From contig NW_027437454.1 in the NCBI RefSeq assembly GCF_964204645.1, positions 1 through 64,000 of the forward strand: a stretch of DNA of 64,000 nucleotides, read 5' to 3'. Within the stretch, counting starts at the first letter, position 1. Each line of letters starts with the position of its first letter. Shown one piece after another: positions 12,985 through 27,344 of the stretch. The notes below the pieces were generated by a model. The model was not told the DNA's origin, made no database searches, and saw only the letters and a program-made list of their open reading frames with translations. Origin of the DNA: Tubulanus polymorphus. Lineage: Eukaryota > Animalia > Nemertea. A program made the position numbers and the translations under genes.

Positions 12985-13140
12985 TTTGAAAGTGTACTGA
13001 TAAAATGTCTAATGTCTGGTGTTTGTGGTACATTTTCAATAAAAAAAATATCTCAGGTGAAGCACTGAACACATGTGAAGTGTGGACGATCAGTTTTTGA
13101 AAGTGTGATGATGATACGTAAAATGTCTAATGTCTGGTGT
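12985..13140 (+). repeat. Dispersed repeat (second copy ~18590-18800)
   Basis: Shared GGTGAAGCACTGAACACA..GGACGATCAGTTTTTGAAAGTGTG block. Confidence 0.75.
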
Positions 13141-13149
13141 TAATTTTTA

Positions 13150-13400
13150 GATTGGTTAAAGAACAAAAATTAGCCAAAGACTGGTCTTAAGTTGTTGGAT
13201 TGGTAATAGAACCAGAATGAGTTTAGAATGGTCTTAAGTTGTTAGATCGGTTATAGAATCAAAATGAGCTTGGACTGGTCTTAAGTTGTTGGATTGGTTA
13301 TAAAACCAAAATGCGTTTAGACTGGTCTTAAGTTGTTGGATTGGTTATAGAACCAAAATGAGTTTAGACTGGTCTTTAATTGTTTAATACTGACCAAAGA
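13150..13400 (-). repeat. 47-bp minisatellite
   Basis: About 5 units. Confidence 0.88.
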
Positions 13401-13832
13401 CTTACAAGAAAATACCTCGAATGCTCGTCCGCTGTGTGTAATCAGTATCGTTTGTGCAAGACACAGAATCTACATGACGTAAAAACCTATAATCAACGTA
13501 GCCGGTTCCACGTAAAAAACCCCCTCCCTCCTCCTCTCTCATCCATTTATTTAATGATACCTTTCCACGTCGACTCTCTCCAATCCAGCCTCTTCTCAGC
13601 GAGCTAGTTATCTGTAATTAGAACGCGCAAAGCATTCAATATTGTTAATGTATTTGTCGTCACTGCCGGTTGACTGTGCGCTTGATACTCTATATCGTCA
13701 GTGACACGAATCGTTTTAAAAGTTGGATCGGAAAATGACTGAAACTCGATGACGTTGTAGAACAGGCGATATGATGCTGGTTTCCATAGACAAGTAGTGC
13801 TTTTACTACGAATCAGGCAATGCGCATTGTTG

Positions 13833-14260
13833 GACTGTGGTAATCGAGGACCCGCTAGGTGCCGCTGGTGTAAAGCCAGTTTCCAATGCGTCCTCGCAAT
13901 CTGTTGCGATCGAGGATCCGCTAGGTGGCACTAGTGGCTTCTACGCATACGATACTACTGTGGCAGTCGATGATTCGCTAGTGGCGCTAGTGTGAAGTCA
14001 GTATTCAGTATGTCACGCATGCTATTGTGGCATGCGAGGATCCGCTAGGGGCGCTAGTGTGAAGTTATTCGGCTGCAACTGCTGACAAGGCTACTGTGTA
14101 AAATCTAATGTAATATCCCATTGTGATTTTGTGCACCCTCTAATACCTCCCGCACCAAGGGTTTGAGAGTAAATAAAATCGAATCGAATCGAAATTGAAC
14201 TGAATCAACACAAAGTGAAAGTAACTATGGCAATCGGTAGTCCGCTAGGGGCGCTAGCGT
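13833..14260 (+). repeat. Cluster of a dispersed repeat carrying CTCF-like motifs
   Basis: CTGTGGCAATCGAGGATCCGCTAGGTGGCGCTAGTG-type units at ~13852, 13918, 13976, 14042 and 14242. Confidence 0.7.
14100..14205 (+). mobile_element. Retroposon 3'-end fragment, second family (copy 1)
   Basis: CCCTCTAATACCTCCCGCA..GGGTTTGAGAGTAAAT plus (AATCG)n tail; shared with 40325-40483. Confidence 0.45.
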
Positions 14261-14790
14261 ATAGTATATTACACGTATAGTATCACTATCTACGTGTGGA
14301 AGGTTTTCGGTTGATGAACCTTTTCTGTGACCGATTTGAACCACGGAAAGAAGCGAGACAAAACTGAAATTCGTGTTAATATTTCGCCTCGGCAGTTGCA
14401 TCGTGATAACGTGCGCAGAGCGCGCCTCGGCAGGTGCTTTTATAGAACGGATTTAGAGAAAGCGAAATTTAAAAAGAAAAAAACTTTCCAGCGCGACGTC
14501 GAATTTTTTCCGTAATGACATATTCTTTTGCAGTAGCGAGCATTCAATGATATCCGTACTGGCTGAATTATTAAAAACTCCACGGCCGTCGTAAGCGATC
14601 GACCGTTCGTGTTGGCAGTTTCCATTTTCTTGATTACCGGAATTCGACGACGCGCACGCGCGTGCACCGAGCTGGCTACTCACGTGACGTTGAAGTTTGT
14701 TTTCGTTGCACGGAAATGTCAAATTCGTGCAACGAAACGTCGTACGATGAATTATTGGTGACGCTGAGTAAAATTGATCGTGTAAAGGGA

Positions 14791-14834
<44 letters not shown>

Positions 14835-14854
14835 AGAGAGAGAGAGTGAGAGAG

Positions 14855-15118
14855 AAAGCCCAGTCTTTAAGATACCGTGGTACTGGGCTCAGATACTGGA
14901 AGCCCAGTCTTTAAGATATCGTGGTACTGGTGTCAGATACTGGAAGCCCAGTCTTTAAGATACCATGGTACTGGGCTCAGATACTGGAAGCCCAGTCTTT
15001 AAGATATCGTGGTACTGGTGTCAGATACTGGAAGCCCAGTCTTTAAGATATCGTGGTACTGGTGTCAGATACTGGAAGCCCAGTCTTTAAGATATCGTGG
15101 TACTGGGGTCAGATACTG
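14855..15118. repeat. 44-bp tandem repeat x6
   Basis: GAAGCCCAGTCTTTAAGATATCGTGGTACTGGTGTCAGATACTG. Confidence 0.95.
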
Positions 15119-15462
15119 AGATATTTTGAACTGGTTTCCTGGTGAACCGTGTAACTGAGGTTCGTGACAATGATTTCCAGGTGAACACAAATTATTAATG
15201 TACTGAATTAATTCACGGAGGTCGTTTATGCATCAACAGATCGTTAAATTAATCACCACGACCTTATAGATACACGATATATATTACAACAGCAGCAGCA
15301 GCAGCAGCAGCAGCAGTGTGAAACACATCGAGAAATCCAAAATGATTCATACATTTAAATTCGTCATCATTCAAGTATGCGCAGAAGGTCCTGCTGTCCC
15401 TAAATATCTTGATGACAATGATAAAAAAGCACCCTAAAGATGCAAGGGTGATGCAGCCACTT

Positions 15463-15782
15463 AATCCAGTTCCACAGTTGTGTGGGTTTGATTTGACTCT
15501 GGATCCAGTCCCACAGTTGTGTGGGTTTGATTTGACTCTGGATCCAGTTCCACAGTTGTGTGGGTTTGATTTTACTCTAAATCTTGTTCCACAGTTGTGT
15601 GGGTTTAATTTGACTCTGAACCCAGTTCCACAGTTGTGTGGGTTCGATTTGACTCTGAACCCAGTTTCAAAGTTGTATGGGTTTAATTCGACTCCGGACC
15701 CAGATACACAATGTTGTCCTCACAACTTGATAACCGTATCCAGAGTCGAATGAAATCCACACAACTGTGCAACTGGATCCGA
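15463..15782 (+). repeat. 39-bp minisatellite array with one inverted terminal unit
   Basis: About 6 direct units; reverse-oriented unit at ~15740-15782. Confidence 0.9.
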
Positions 15783-16550
15783 ATTCCCCATTCCACAGAA
15801 CTGAGCCTTTGCACCAAGAAAATCGAAAAGAAAAAACATTCTATTGAAAACCTGCCACGGAAGTGCGCGATTTGAATCAAACAGATGTATATTTGAACAG
15901 GACGTGCAGGTATTTGAGTGTACTGGCGGCGACCGGGGACACGGTAAACATTACCCCAGCGCGACACTGAATCGACAAATATATAACCCCCAATAACATT
16001 CACCGTGTGCAATCAAACACGTCAGCAAACTTCAATCAGCTGAAACCGCGTTAATTCGTGTAATTAAACGTTTTCCTGCAGTATTTAGTTTAAGTATTTG
16101 GACGCGGGCGACGCGATTTCGCGAGCAAGCTCCGCCGGGAAATGAATTTGTGTAAATACAGAACAAACTGACTGGTTACACACTCAGTGACGACGTAAAA
16201 TAAATATTATATCAAATCCCAATAGACCCAGGCGATAATACGCTGCCGTACCCGCTAGTGAAATTGTGACCGATTTTTTATTTGTTCGGTTGGTGAGGAG
16301 ACAACCCCCTCCGTAACGTCTGCGACCCGCCCCGAGCGACCGCTAGATGGCGCAGTACGAATGCTAATCGTATTTGGACACGGTAACTTATGGCAAACTG
16401 TGTAGGACCTCTACACAAGGCGAATTAAATAGATTATCCGTGAGCAACACTTTCAACATCCGAAATTAGAGAGGCGTATTAGTGAATTTAATGACGATTT
16501 AGTAAATAGTCAATTCGAATTCAAAATTGGGTCTTATCGTGTAACATGAG

Positions 16551-17240
16551 AACGATTCAGTAAAATTACGAGAAGTTACTAATGACGACCTTCTCATTCT
16601 CGATGACTTCAACGATTCAGTAAAATTATGATTAGTTACTAATGACGACCCTCTCATTCTCGACATCTTCAACGATTCAGTAAAATTATGATTAGTCACT
16701 TATGACGACCTTCTCATTCTCGATGACTTCAACGATTCAGTAAAATTATGATTAGTCACTTATGACGACCTTCTCATTCTCGATGACTTCAACGATTCAG
16801 TAAAATTATGATTAGTTACTAATGACGACCTTCTCATTCTCGATGACTTCAACGATTCAGTAAAATTATGATTAGTTACTAATGACGACCTTCTCATTCT
16901 CGATGACTTCAACGATTCAGTAAAACTATGATTAGTTACTAATGACGACCTTCTCATTCTCGATAACTTCAACGATTCAGTAAAATTATGATTAGTTACT
17001 AATGACGACCTTCTCATTCTCGATGACTTCAACGATTCAGTAAAACTATGATTAGTTACTAATGACGACCTTCTCATTCTCGATGACTTCAACGATTCAG
17101 TAAAATTATGATTAGTTACTAATGACGACCTTCTCATTCTCGATGACTTCAACGATTCAGTAAAACTATGATTAGTTACTAATGACGACCTTCTCATTCT
17201 CGATGACTTCAACGATTCAGTAAAATTATGATTAGTTACT
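16551..17240. repeat. 60-bp tandem repeat x11.5
   Basis: Successive 60-nt lines are nearly identical. Confidence 0.98.
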
Positions 17241-17854
17241 GAAAATGACATTCCGACTCAAGACTACAAAAGACTCAGTAAAATCATTATAGAAGTAATC
17301 ATTAAATGAACATTTGCATGAAAGGTTATTAAAAGTATTGCTTCTGGTTATAAACGCAAATATTTTACGCAAACGACCGTATTTTCTAATGAGCTTGTTT
17401 TAGAGTATAAGCACTAAGTACAATCATCACGTACCACAAAACGAACACATGTCGTTCTCAGTTTATGTACTATTATATTTTATCGTATCAATTGAAACGG
17501 CGCGTAATCCGTCGTATAAGTTTTCTATACTAAAGCATAAATATATACAACGTAACTTAATCCTGTATCGATATCGAATCAGCCACCTGCGAGCTCCGTA
17601 CCGAGTCTCGTGAGCTCGGGATTAACCCGCTACCGGCGCGCCGGGTGAAATGAAATCGGATTTTGGTCTTATGTTTTTAATCAACGACACGCGATATACG
17701 TCGTAAAAAAATTAATTAATAATTGTCACCTCGTGAATGTGATCCCTGTTAATGAAGGCCGCCCAGCTATATCCACCGTCGCGATATGTGTGATCTGTAT
17801 TCATCGTACGTGCCATTTTAGAAATTATGCTTAGATTTTTATTGAATCTCTGAG

Positions 17855-18180
17855 ACGCTAGGTGGACCCTCACTTGCCACGAGTGGAATCCGCTATTGTC
17901 ACAGTAGATAATGTCCTACTGCACACTAGCGACACCTGGTGGATCTTCACTTGCCACGAGTGGAATCCTCTATTGTCACAGTAGTTAATGTCCTACTGCA
18001 CACTAGCGACACCTGGTGGATCTTCACTTGCCACGAGTGGAATCCTCTATTGTCACAGTAGTTAATGTCCTACTGTACACTAGCGACACCTGGTGGATCC
18101 TCACTTGCTACAAGTAGAATCCTCTATTGCCGCAGTAGTTGATGCCCTACTTACTGTACACTAGCGACACTTCATCCTCA
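17855..18180 (-). repeat. 77-bp tandem repeat with a CCACCAGGTGTCGCTAG core
   Basis: CACTAGCGACACCTGGTGG at 17924, 18001 and 18078. Confidence 0.9.
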
Positions 18181-19305
18181 CTATAACTGGAAATGTAACA
18201 TGATCAAACAGTTCTTTGTTGTTGGAGTATCTTTTGTTTGTTTCATTATCAAATAAGCTCCGTTCACGATAAGTTAAAAATGAAAATAGCTGCGGTGAAT
18301 ATTTCATAACTGAATCGATATGCGTTCACACACAACTACTAAAACCGGATCCAATGTCATTGTGATTTTCGAATATTCAAATATTAATGTTACTAATACG
18401 CGAAACGGCAATATCTGTAATAGTCTGATATCGAATAGATATTCATATACAAATACAATAACTGTGGATAAAAGGTTTTCAATTTATGTTTCCTTTTTAG
18501 AACGGATTAATAAAGTTTAAGGGGGTTTAGGGGTACGTGCTAATCTGTAGCCTTGAACCAGGCTTATCGCATTGCCTGTCGTAACGTGAAAAGTGTGAAC
18601 GATCAGTTTATCGAAGTGTGCTGATCAAATATCTGGAGTTTGTAGTGTATTTTCAATTAGAAATGTACTAGGTGAAGCACTGAACACATTGTGTAGCGGG
18701 GACGATCAGTTTTTGAAAGTGTGCCGATAAATAGTCTAATGTTTGGTGTTTGTTGTTCGTTTTTCAATTAAAAATATCTCACGTGAAGCACCGAATATTT
18801 CTGGGTTGGGCTGCAGGGTGAAGACTTTAGGCTGACGCAGTGTTGGTTTGAAACGAACGTATCTCAAAATGCCGCGTGTCGCTGTGTTACGGAGCACAGC
18901 CACTGCTGCTGCTGCTGCTACTGTTGTTACCGATGTCGTACCGATGTCTCCGCTGTTAGCTGAGCGGCGCTGCGACACACGCGCTCGCGTCCTGATATCG
19001 TGGACGGCGCAACGACTGCCGTTTCATAGCGCGCATAGAACACACGCTAACACAACAGCCGCGGAACTAATAGCGAAAACACGCCGTCATCAGGACACGG
19101 CGCTGGTACGAACCGCGCGCGCTTATCAAAACAAACCCAGATCGAGAGAGAGAGAGCCAGAGAGAATGGGACAAAATACACGGAAAATTTACATTATTCC
19201 CTAAAAAAAAATGCGAGTGGATTTTTAAATATCAAATCGTCGAATGCCAGCGATTTTAATTGGATTAATTCATACTAAACGCTATCGGAACCCAGGTAAA
19301 TATAT

Positions 19306-19468
<163 letters not shown>

Positions 19469-21589
19469 ATGCGATATCGCAGATTTCTCTCATACGTGTC
19501 TATATTATTCTACGTAAAACTCAGAATTTTCTTTTTCTTGAAAGGAATTCGCAATATCTACGGAAACGTCCCGGGGACATTAGAAAAGAAATTCTATTTT
19601 TGAATAAGAGCTCATATTTTTGCGAAAAAACAAAAACCCTCTTCTTGCAAAGAAAATCCCATTTTTTGAATAATAAATCCTATTTTCGGATATACATTTT
19701 TTTCACAGTCCTCAGGTCGCTTCCGTGCATATCTGTAAGCTCCGGGAATTTCAGGGGTTTTGACCGTTTGTATTAGTTATACATTACAGGGGAGGCTCCG
19801 GGCATTTTTCCGTGAGATGTGATTCTTGAATAAAATGCGCGGGCAGCTGATATTGACAGCAATTTCAGAGCTTTTTCGCTATTGAAAATAACTAAGTTAT
19901 ATACTTTCATTAATCATTCATGCAAAAATCATGACACTCCAAAGACACTTACAAGTTTGAGAATTTCAGAGATTTTGCCGGTTTTTTTATCATCTATTTC
20001 TATTCATTTTCTCGACTGAATTTTCGTCGTGAATTTAACCAGGCACGAAGGCTTGCAATTCTGCATTTCTCCTCAACCGCTCTTTTTCTCTTTCAAAAAC
20101 GCGCGTCGAAGTTCTTCGTTAGTTCATATTTAACATCTATCGGAATTTGTTTCTTTGTTCGCGCAAATTCGATATTCTGCGCAAAATCGCATTTTTGCGA
20201 ATTTCGAAATTATTTGATTTTAACCACAATCGACGACGCTTCGCGTTTCGGTACAAAACGATTTCCGATTTCGTGCTGAAAATGCGATTTTCTGATCGAG
20301 GTCCTTGCAATATTTTTTCAAACCGAGAATTTCCTTCTCCACGGAAATCTCGGCCATCGTGAGCTTCCGTTCTTATCGGTCGAAAATGATTTTAATACCT
20401 TAAGATGCTAAGTTCGTTCCTAGAATTAGATCGCTTTATTTCCGAGGTTTCCCTCCTATCTATCTGATCGATTTATTTAATTTGATTTTATGCTCACTTT
20501 TCGCATGTCTTACCATACTCGTCACCTGCCGGGAGCGAAACAGGGGGTTTGATTTTTGAATCGGAAATCGAACTACGGATATATTTGTGTGATCGGCGGT
20601 TAGAATTTACGGAATTTTTCCGGTTTCAAAATGAGTATCGAAATGGAAATTTCGGCTCAGGTCTGTGAGCGATCGTCCTTCAAGTTTCATCCGGCAAGCG
20701 ACTGATTGGGGTCAAATTTTCTTGGTTGCCTAATTTAGTACATCGTAATATAAACTGGAATTTACCGAAAGGTTGTTTGGCTTCTAGGTTTCTGATGAAT
20801 CTCCCTTAACACCTTGAACCGGTGGCAAACGAATTGTATTTATAGTTTTTCTTCAAAAGCTTATATTCAACACCTGTCGCCTTCAAAAATCTCGAGACTC
20901 GAAAAATGAAACGAAAATGATACTTGGATCTAGTTTCTGCGATGTAAAAAAAGTGCGCGCAAAATCGTACGCGCCACAAGCGATCGAGCGATTCGAACGT
21001 AATCTTCCGGAAAACATTCGAAATATTTTCTAAACTATATAGAAAAAACCGCGTGTTCAACAAAACGTTGGAAATTGAAAAATTGCGAAGAGGATCTTTT
21101 CTTTTCGAGAAGGATATACTAAAAAGGATTGACGAATGCGGATCGAGTTTGACATCGGAAACGTTTTCGATAGATTTCGAAAAAAAATAAATATTTTTCA
21201 AGATTATATCGTGTTACCGTCGAAGTGTTAAGTCGTCGTTCTGAAACGTATTTCGCGTTTGCTTAATTTCGACGTAAATTCGATTTTCTTCAGGAAAGCG
21301 CTAGTTACTAGAGAGGGTACCTCACCGATACTGTGCCGCTACTGCGTCTGAAAGTGTTTAAATATCGGATTTTGGTTTCTAAATCAGACGCCGATTCCGA
21401 CACGAGTGACTGTAATTCTAAAATCCGTTTTCGGTTAAATTCTAAAAAGGAAATATCGCGCTTCCGTCTGATTTTTATTTGAGAAATTTCCATCCGGCGA
21501 ACGAGATTTAGTTCGACTTGAAATTGAAACGAGTTCTGGTCCTCTGGTGTTTTGTCAAATTTCATTCAACTTGGAAGCCATATTCCCAA

Positions 21590-21935
21590 AGATGTCAGCC
21601 TCCATAGATCTCCCTATGACATCATCAAATTACCAACTGATTTCATCCAGAAACTTCCACAAAAGATGTCCGCCATAATCCCCTTATGACATCATCAAAT
21701 TGGCTACTAGTGATTTGATCTGTAGGAACTTCAAGAAAAGATGTCTGCCTCCACAAATCCTCTTATATGACATCATCAAATTACCTTCGAGTGATTTGAT
21801 ATATAGACACTTCTAGAAAAGATGTATGCCTTCATAAACCCCCTATGACATCATCAAATTGTCTACTAGTGATTTGATCTATAGACACATCTAGAAAAGA
21901 TGTATGACTCCATAATCCCCCTATGACATCAATAT
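21590..21935 (-). repeat. ~79-bp repeat cluster
   Basis: 5 units. Confidence 0.9.
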
Positions 21936-22689
21936 CAATTAGTTAATTGATCTGTCGTTGTTTAATGATTTATAGAAGTGGATCCCCTGCGGTTAGAACT
22001 CACTGCGATACTTCGTATTTTCAGTTCGGTTAATTGAACTATAATGGCATCGATTTAAACGGTTTCTAATCATAGTTTACACCGGTTACGATCCGCCGGA
22101 GCCGGAGTGGCAGTGTGATCAACGCCACGCACTTCACAACCCGATATCTTTTCAACTGCTCTTGACTTCCGTTAACGAGCGTTTTCAATCTGAAATACCC
22201 GTTAGTAATGCAACCGACGGCGGAGAGGCTTAGACGACGGTAGAGCTGGAGAAAGAGAGGAGAGAGAGAGAGAGAGGGGGGGAGGGAGGGAGGGAGGAAA
22301 GCCGGGTCTGTTATTGTTAGCTTGATCATGATTTTCTTAATCTACAAGATAAGCTGCCGGCCGGGTCAGTTTTTGAGCTCAGCAAAAATGAGAAAAAGGT
22401 ATAAATTGTTTTAGCCTTGCTGATATTTCAGAAGATGGTCGTATGCATAAATTTTGTGGCTAGTCGCTACGCATTGTAAACTGTGACTGCGAATGACGTG
22501 TGTCACGTGGTAAAGGCTCCAGACTGAACGACCTGTTCATCGAACATTAAACCTGACAGTCGAACAAAGGATTTTTTTAAAAAGAATTGATCATTTCGAT
22601 AGAAATATACCAATGAGATATTCTACGATGAGCAAACAAAGGATTGAACAATAATTTCTATACATGAAGTACCTTTTTTAAATGATTTA

Positions 22690-22703
22690 ATAATATATAT
22701 ATA

Positions 22704-22782
<79 letters not shown>
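22690..22782. repeat. (TA)n microsatellite
   Basis: Visible directly. Confidence 0.97.
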
Positions 22783-22785
<3 letters not shown>

Positions 22786-23042
22786 AATGTGGATTTTACA
22801 GGTTAGACATATGTCATTTATGATCCACGTGTATCTGTGTCTATTGTTTAGACAGCTGTGGTTGGTCTCCACTTTCTATGATCTTTCACTCCATCTGTAT
22901 GCACACAATGCGCTGCTGTAATCGTTTATTTAATACGTTCATTTCGGCGCGATGCCACAGATTGTAAACCCTAGGTGTCGGATACCCGCCGTTGTGACGG
23001 TTCGGTGTCTCAACCTCGTCAGTGTCGTCGGCCTACTCAGCG

Positions 23043-23472
23043 GGGCAAACTCTGCGAGGCAAACTTTGTCAGGCAAACTCTGCGAGGCAAACTCTGTCAG
23101 GCAAACTCTGTCAGGCAAACTCTGCGAGGCAAACTCTTCGAGGCATACTCTGTCAGGCAAACTCTGTCAGGCAAACTCTGTCAGGCAAACTCTGCGAGGC
23201 AAACTCTTCGAGGCATACTCTGTCAGGCAAACTCTGTCAGGCAAACTCTGCGAGGCATACTCTGTCAGGCAAACTCTGTCAGGCAAACTCTGCGAGGCAA
23301 ACTCTGCGAGGCAAACTCCCTCTGGCAAACTCTGTCAGGCAAACTCTGCGAGGCAAACCCTACGAGGCATACTCTGTCAGGCAAACTCTGTCAGGCAAAC
23401 TCTGCCAGGCAAACTCTGCGAGGCAAACCCTACGAGACATACTCTGTCAGGCAAACTTTGTCAGGCAAACTC
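23043..23472. repeat. 14-bp tandem repeat x~30 (GGCAAACTCTGTCA / GGCAAACTCTGCGA)
   Basis: Direct periodicity; explains three overlapping ORFs. Confidence 0.95.
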
Positions 23473-23544
23473 ATTCCCGAAGATTGCCGATTGGAATCAT
23501 ACGGTTTTATATATCGAACTTATCCGATTCCACAAATAGTTTAG

Positions 23545-24140
23545 AGTCGAATTAAACAGTTACTGTTGAACTGGATCCAGACTGAAATTCAATCCATACA
23601 ACTGCGGAACTTGGTCCAGAGTCGAATTAAACTCAACCGTGGAAACATATAACATAAGTTTTGAAATGTTATTCGATTTGTAAGGTCACGTGTGGATCAT
23701 TTGTTATTCTTTATTTGACACAGTAAAATTAAACCCACACAACAGTGGAACTGGATCCAGAGTCAAACAAAACCCACACAACTGTGGAACTGGGTTCAGA
23801 GTCAAATTATTAAACTCACACAACTGTGGAACTGGGTTCAGAGTCTAATTAAACCCACACAACAGTGGAACTGGATCCAGAGTCAAACAAAACCCACACA
23901 ACTGCGGAACTGGGTTCAGAGTCAAATTATTAAACTCACACAACTGTGGAACTGGGTTCAGAGTCTAATTAAACCCACACAACTGTGGAACTGGATCCAG
24001 AGTCTAATTAAACCCACACAACTGTGGAACTGGGTCCAGAGTCTAATTAAACCCACACAACTGTGGAATTGGATCCAGAGTCTAATTAAACCCACACGTA
24101 TAGGACTGGGTCCAGAGTCATCGAACTAACGCAACTGCGG
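23545..24140 (-). repeat. 39-bp minisatellite array
   Basis: Reverse-complement units; main block 23725-24120. Confidence 0.9.
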
Positions 24141-24564
24141 AAGATGATTCTGAGTCCACTAATAATGTCGACTAATCAAGGCTTTGCCTTCAATGTCGAT
24201 TCTATATGGAATCTAACGCCGTGTTATGCATTATTTATATTCGATGTGGCGCACACTTCAATCTGGTAATATTACAAATCAGATACACGCAGAACTTTTG
24301 ATGATGTTAGTAACTGGATCCGTCTCCGTCCTCTCATCCGTCCACAGCCGTCGCCATGTTTTAACGTTTTGAGTTTCATGTTTGGTATGGATATTCGGGA
24401 TTCCGCACGTCATCAACACTTCAACACGTGTGTCATCGTAATATCGATGAACTTGACATAATATTCAGTATAAATGTTTTCAAACTATGAGATAAGAACG
24501 ATTCCCGCGCAGGTTGCGTTGATACGATTAAAACGTTGATTAATATTCGACCAGTTGATGAGCT

Positions 24565-24858
24565 TGGTCCAGCGTCAGATTGAACCCATTCAACTGTGGA
24601 ACTGGATTCAGAATTAAATTAAACCGACATAACTGTGGAACTGGGTCTAGAGTTAAATAAACCTACACAACTGTGAAACTGGGTTCAGAGACAGATTAAG
24701 CCAACCCGTCAAACTGGATTCAGAGTCAAATTAAACCCACACATACGGTGGTACTGGATCCACAGTCAAATGAAACCCATACAACTGTGGAACTGGATTC
24801 AGAGCCATATCAAACCCACACAACTGTGGAACTGCTTTACAACCAGATTAAAACCCAA
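24565..24858 (-). repeat. 39-bp minisatellite array (diverged)
   Basis: CAACTGTGGAACTGG cores at ~39-bp spacing. Confidence 0.85.
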
Positions 24859-25478
24859 TAAAATGTACATCTGAGCCTTTGTTATTTTTGTGAACAGTGA
24901 TGATACGTTGATTGTGGCAGCACAATAGTACAGTCTGCGATATACACATATAGGGGGTTCAGAGAACGGACGAATGATTTCAGCTCGTGATTCTAAGGGA
25001 CTGTCTCGTTGTTATTCCAGTTCCGCTTGTATTCGTCCAGTTTTCCTGTGTTGACTCGCTGCTCATTTCCGTTCGTTACCACTGTTCCCCGCTGCGCGTT
25101 GCGTCGGTCATCGAAAGCAATCCGACCAGGCGAACCAGGCGCTTTCAAAATCAGAACTTTACCCGAGATCTTTTCAGATTTATCTTCCAGTTACGGTAAA
25201 AACCTTATTGCTTGTATTTTTCCGTGTTTTTCTGCGCGGTATCGACCGAAACGACGACAAATCGATTTTTTTTCGGGATTGCTGAGTTCTGGAATGAAAT
25301 GAAGGGGAGAGGGGAGAGTAAGAGAGTAAAATGAATGAGACAGAAGAGAGGATTGGACGAAGAGAGAGTGGGGTAGAGGAGAAGGACAAGAGAGAACAGA
25401 GAGAGCAACGAAATGAGAAAATAAAGAGAAGCAAGAGAGGGGGGAAGTAGGGAAAGAGAGAGGAGAGAGGAGAGAGGA

Positions 25479-25700
25479 GTTCGTTCGTTCGTTCGTTCGT
25501 TCGTTCGTTCCGAGAACCGGTTGAATTCCTCGTCGGCCCGATAAACACACGCTCCGTCACGGAGAGGCCGAGAACCGGTTGAATTCCTCGTCGGCCCGAT
25601 AAACACACGCTTCGTCACGGAGAGGCCGAGAACCGGTTGAATTCCTCGTCGGTCCGATAAACACACGCTCTGTCACTGAGAGGCCGAGAACCGGTTGAAC
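25479..25700. repeat. (TTCG)n followed by a 58-bp tandem repeat x3.2
   Basis: CCGAGAACCGGTTGAATTCC at 25510, 25568 and 25626, partial at 25684. Confidence 0.92.
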
Positions 25701-25914
25701 ATGTGGTCGTGGAGAGGGCATAAACATGAACCGATTGATTTAAAACTAACCGAGGAAATATAAGAGAAACTCGAAATGATTTTATCCTGACAGCTGAATC
25801 GTCAAACACTCACACACGTATTGATACATATATAAGTGAATTACTATTCTAATATTACTTCAAGCGTGTGTATATCGAACTACGCGTATTGACCTTCATG
25901 AAAAAAAATACCAT

Positions 25915-26110
25915 GTTTACCTCCATATATCCCCCTATGACATCATCAAATTGCCCGCTAGGAATTTTGATCTATAAAAACTTCTAGAAAAGATGTCTGC
26001 CTCCACACCTCCTATGGCACCATCAAATTGTCTATTAGTGGTTTGAAACTCCTAGAAGTGATGTCTGCCTCCATAAATAAATCCCCTTATGACATCATGA
26101 AATTACCTAC
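25915..26110 (-). repeat. ~79-bp repeat cluster
   Basis: 3 units. Confidence 0.85.
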
Positions 26111-27344
26111 CAGTTACTCAGCGACCTAACTAGGTTTAGTTGAAGGCAACTCGCCGACGTCATCGGAGGATTCGCAGAGAAGGCCGTCTTGATTTGAAAT
26201 GTATTTTCCATATTTGGAATCGTGCCCGGATATTCGCGCGTACAAGCATCGACCGTGACGTCATCGCGCAGGAAATTTCTCAATTTAGTCTCCTAGACTG
26301 GAGAGGCGCGTGACTGTTGAATCAGTTCCGTGAGAGGAGGAGGCCGGGGACCATTTGAAATTAATTGCTGTCGTTTTCTCTGCTCAGGACTCAGGATATT
26401 GCGCGTGATTTTGCCGCCTCTGCGCAAGGCGTACTGCACGCGCTGGTGACACGTCGTATAAACACGTATAATGTTCACCGAGAACCTTAGTGCCTGATGT
26501 GAATGAATCTTTTTTTCTTTTTCTAATGTAACACTTTTTTGGGGGGGTGGTATATCCTACAAGCTACGCTTTTTTATATCTTCCCCTCTGATAAATTATG
26601 TCAATTTATACTGAATTTGTGCAAAAACATGATAATTTATAAATTGTATATTATTTGTTATAAATTGCTATAATTTTCAGAAAATAAATACATAATAAAT
26701 GTACCACAGAGGACACACGAACGACATTTTCTCAATACTTTTAAATCACTGTGACTTTAAACCACCAGCAATCCAGTTCCACTAAACCGATTGCGAAAAA
26801 TAAACTATATCATTACAAACCTCACACGTTCAGTTTTCTTATTATTATATTCATTCGTAGGTTCCTTCATCGTAGTCCGTGCTTGATGCGATATAAATAC
26901 AGAGATAGCAAAAAATGAAACCATTTTTTCGCTCTGAAACTAGGCATTGTAACACTATCGTCAAAATGATATAATGAACAAACGTAGGACGTCATAAGGG
27001 TTAGTGTAGATGGTGTCCTACTGCTGGCAAGCGACACCTGGCGGATCCTCACTTGCAACAGGTGGAATCTTCGATATCCGCAGTTTATAGTCCACATGGC
27101 ACTGTAGTTGTGCACACGGTGCGCGGCGGGTCACGTGCGCGTCAGTAGGCTTCACAAAAATGGAGAACGCGTTTTATTCCGCGCCGTTTGCGAAATGAAA
27201 CGAATCTGAATAAATCACGGACAGTAACGGTACTATAAACCTCGCGAGCTGAACGAAACGACTACTATGAATTTGATTTATTGATTTGGCGTGAGATCGA
27301 TGTTTGACAACCTGGCTGAATAAAACCTGACTAAATGAGTCCAC

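Noticed and set aside
19730-21560. Possible decayed DNA transposon region
   Set aside because: No TIR pair or transposase motif could be identified by eye.
22952-23555. Three overlapping 177-195 aa Cys-containing ORFs
   Set aside because: Artefact of a stop-free 14-bp tandem repeat that is open in all frames.
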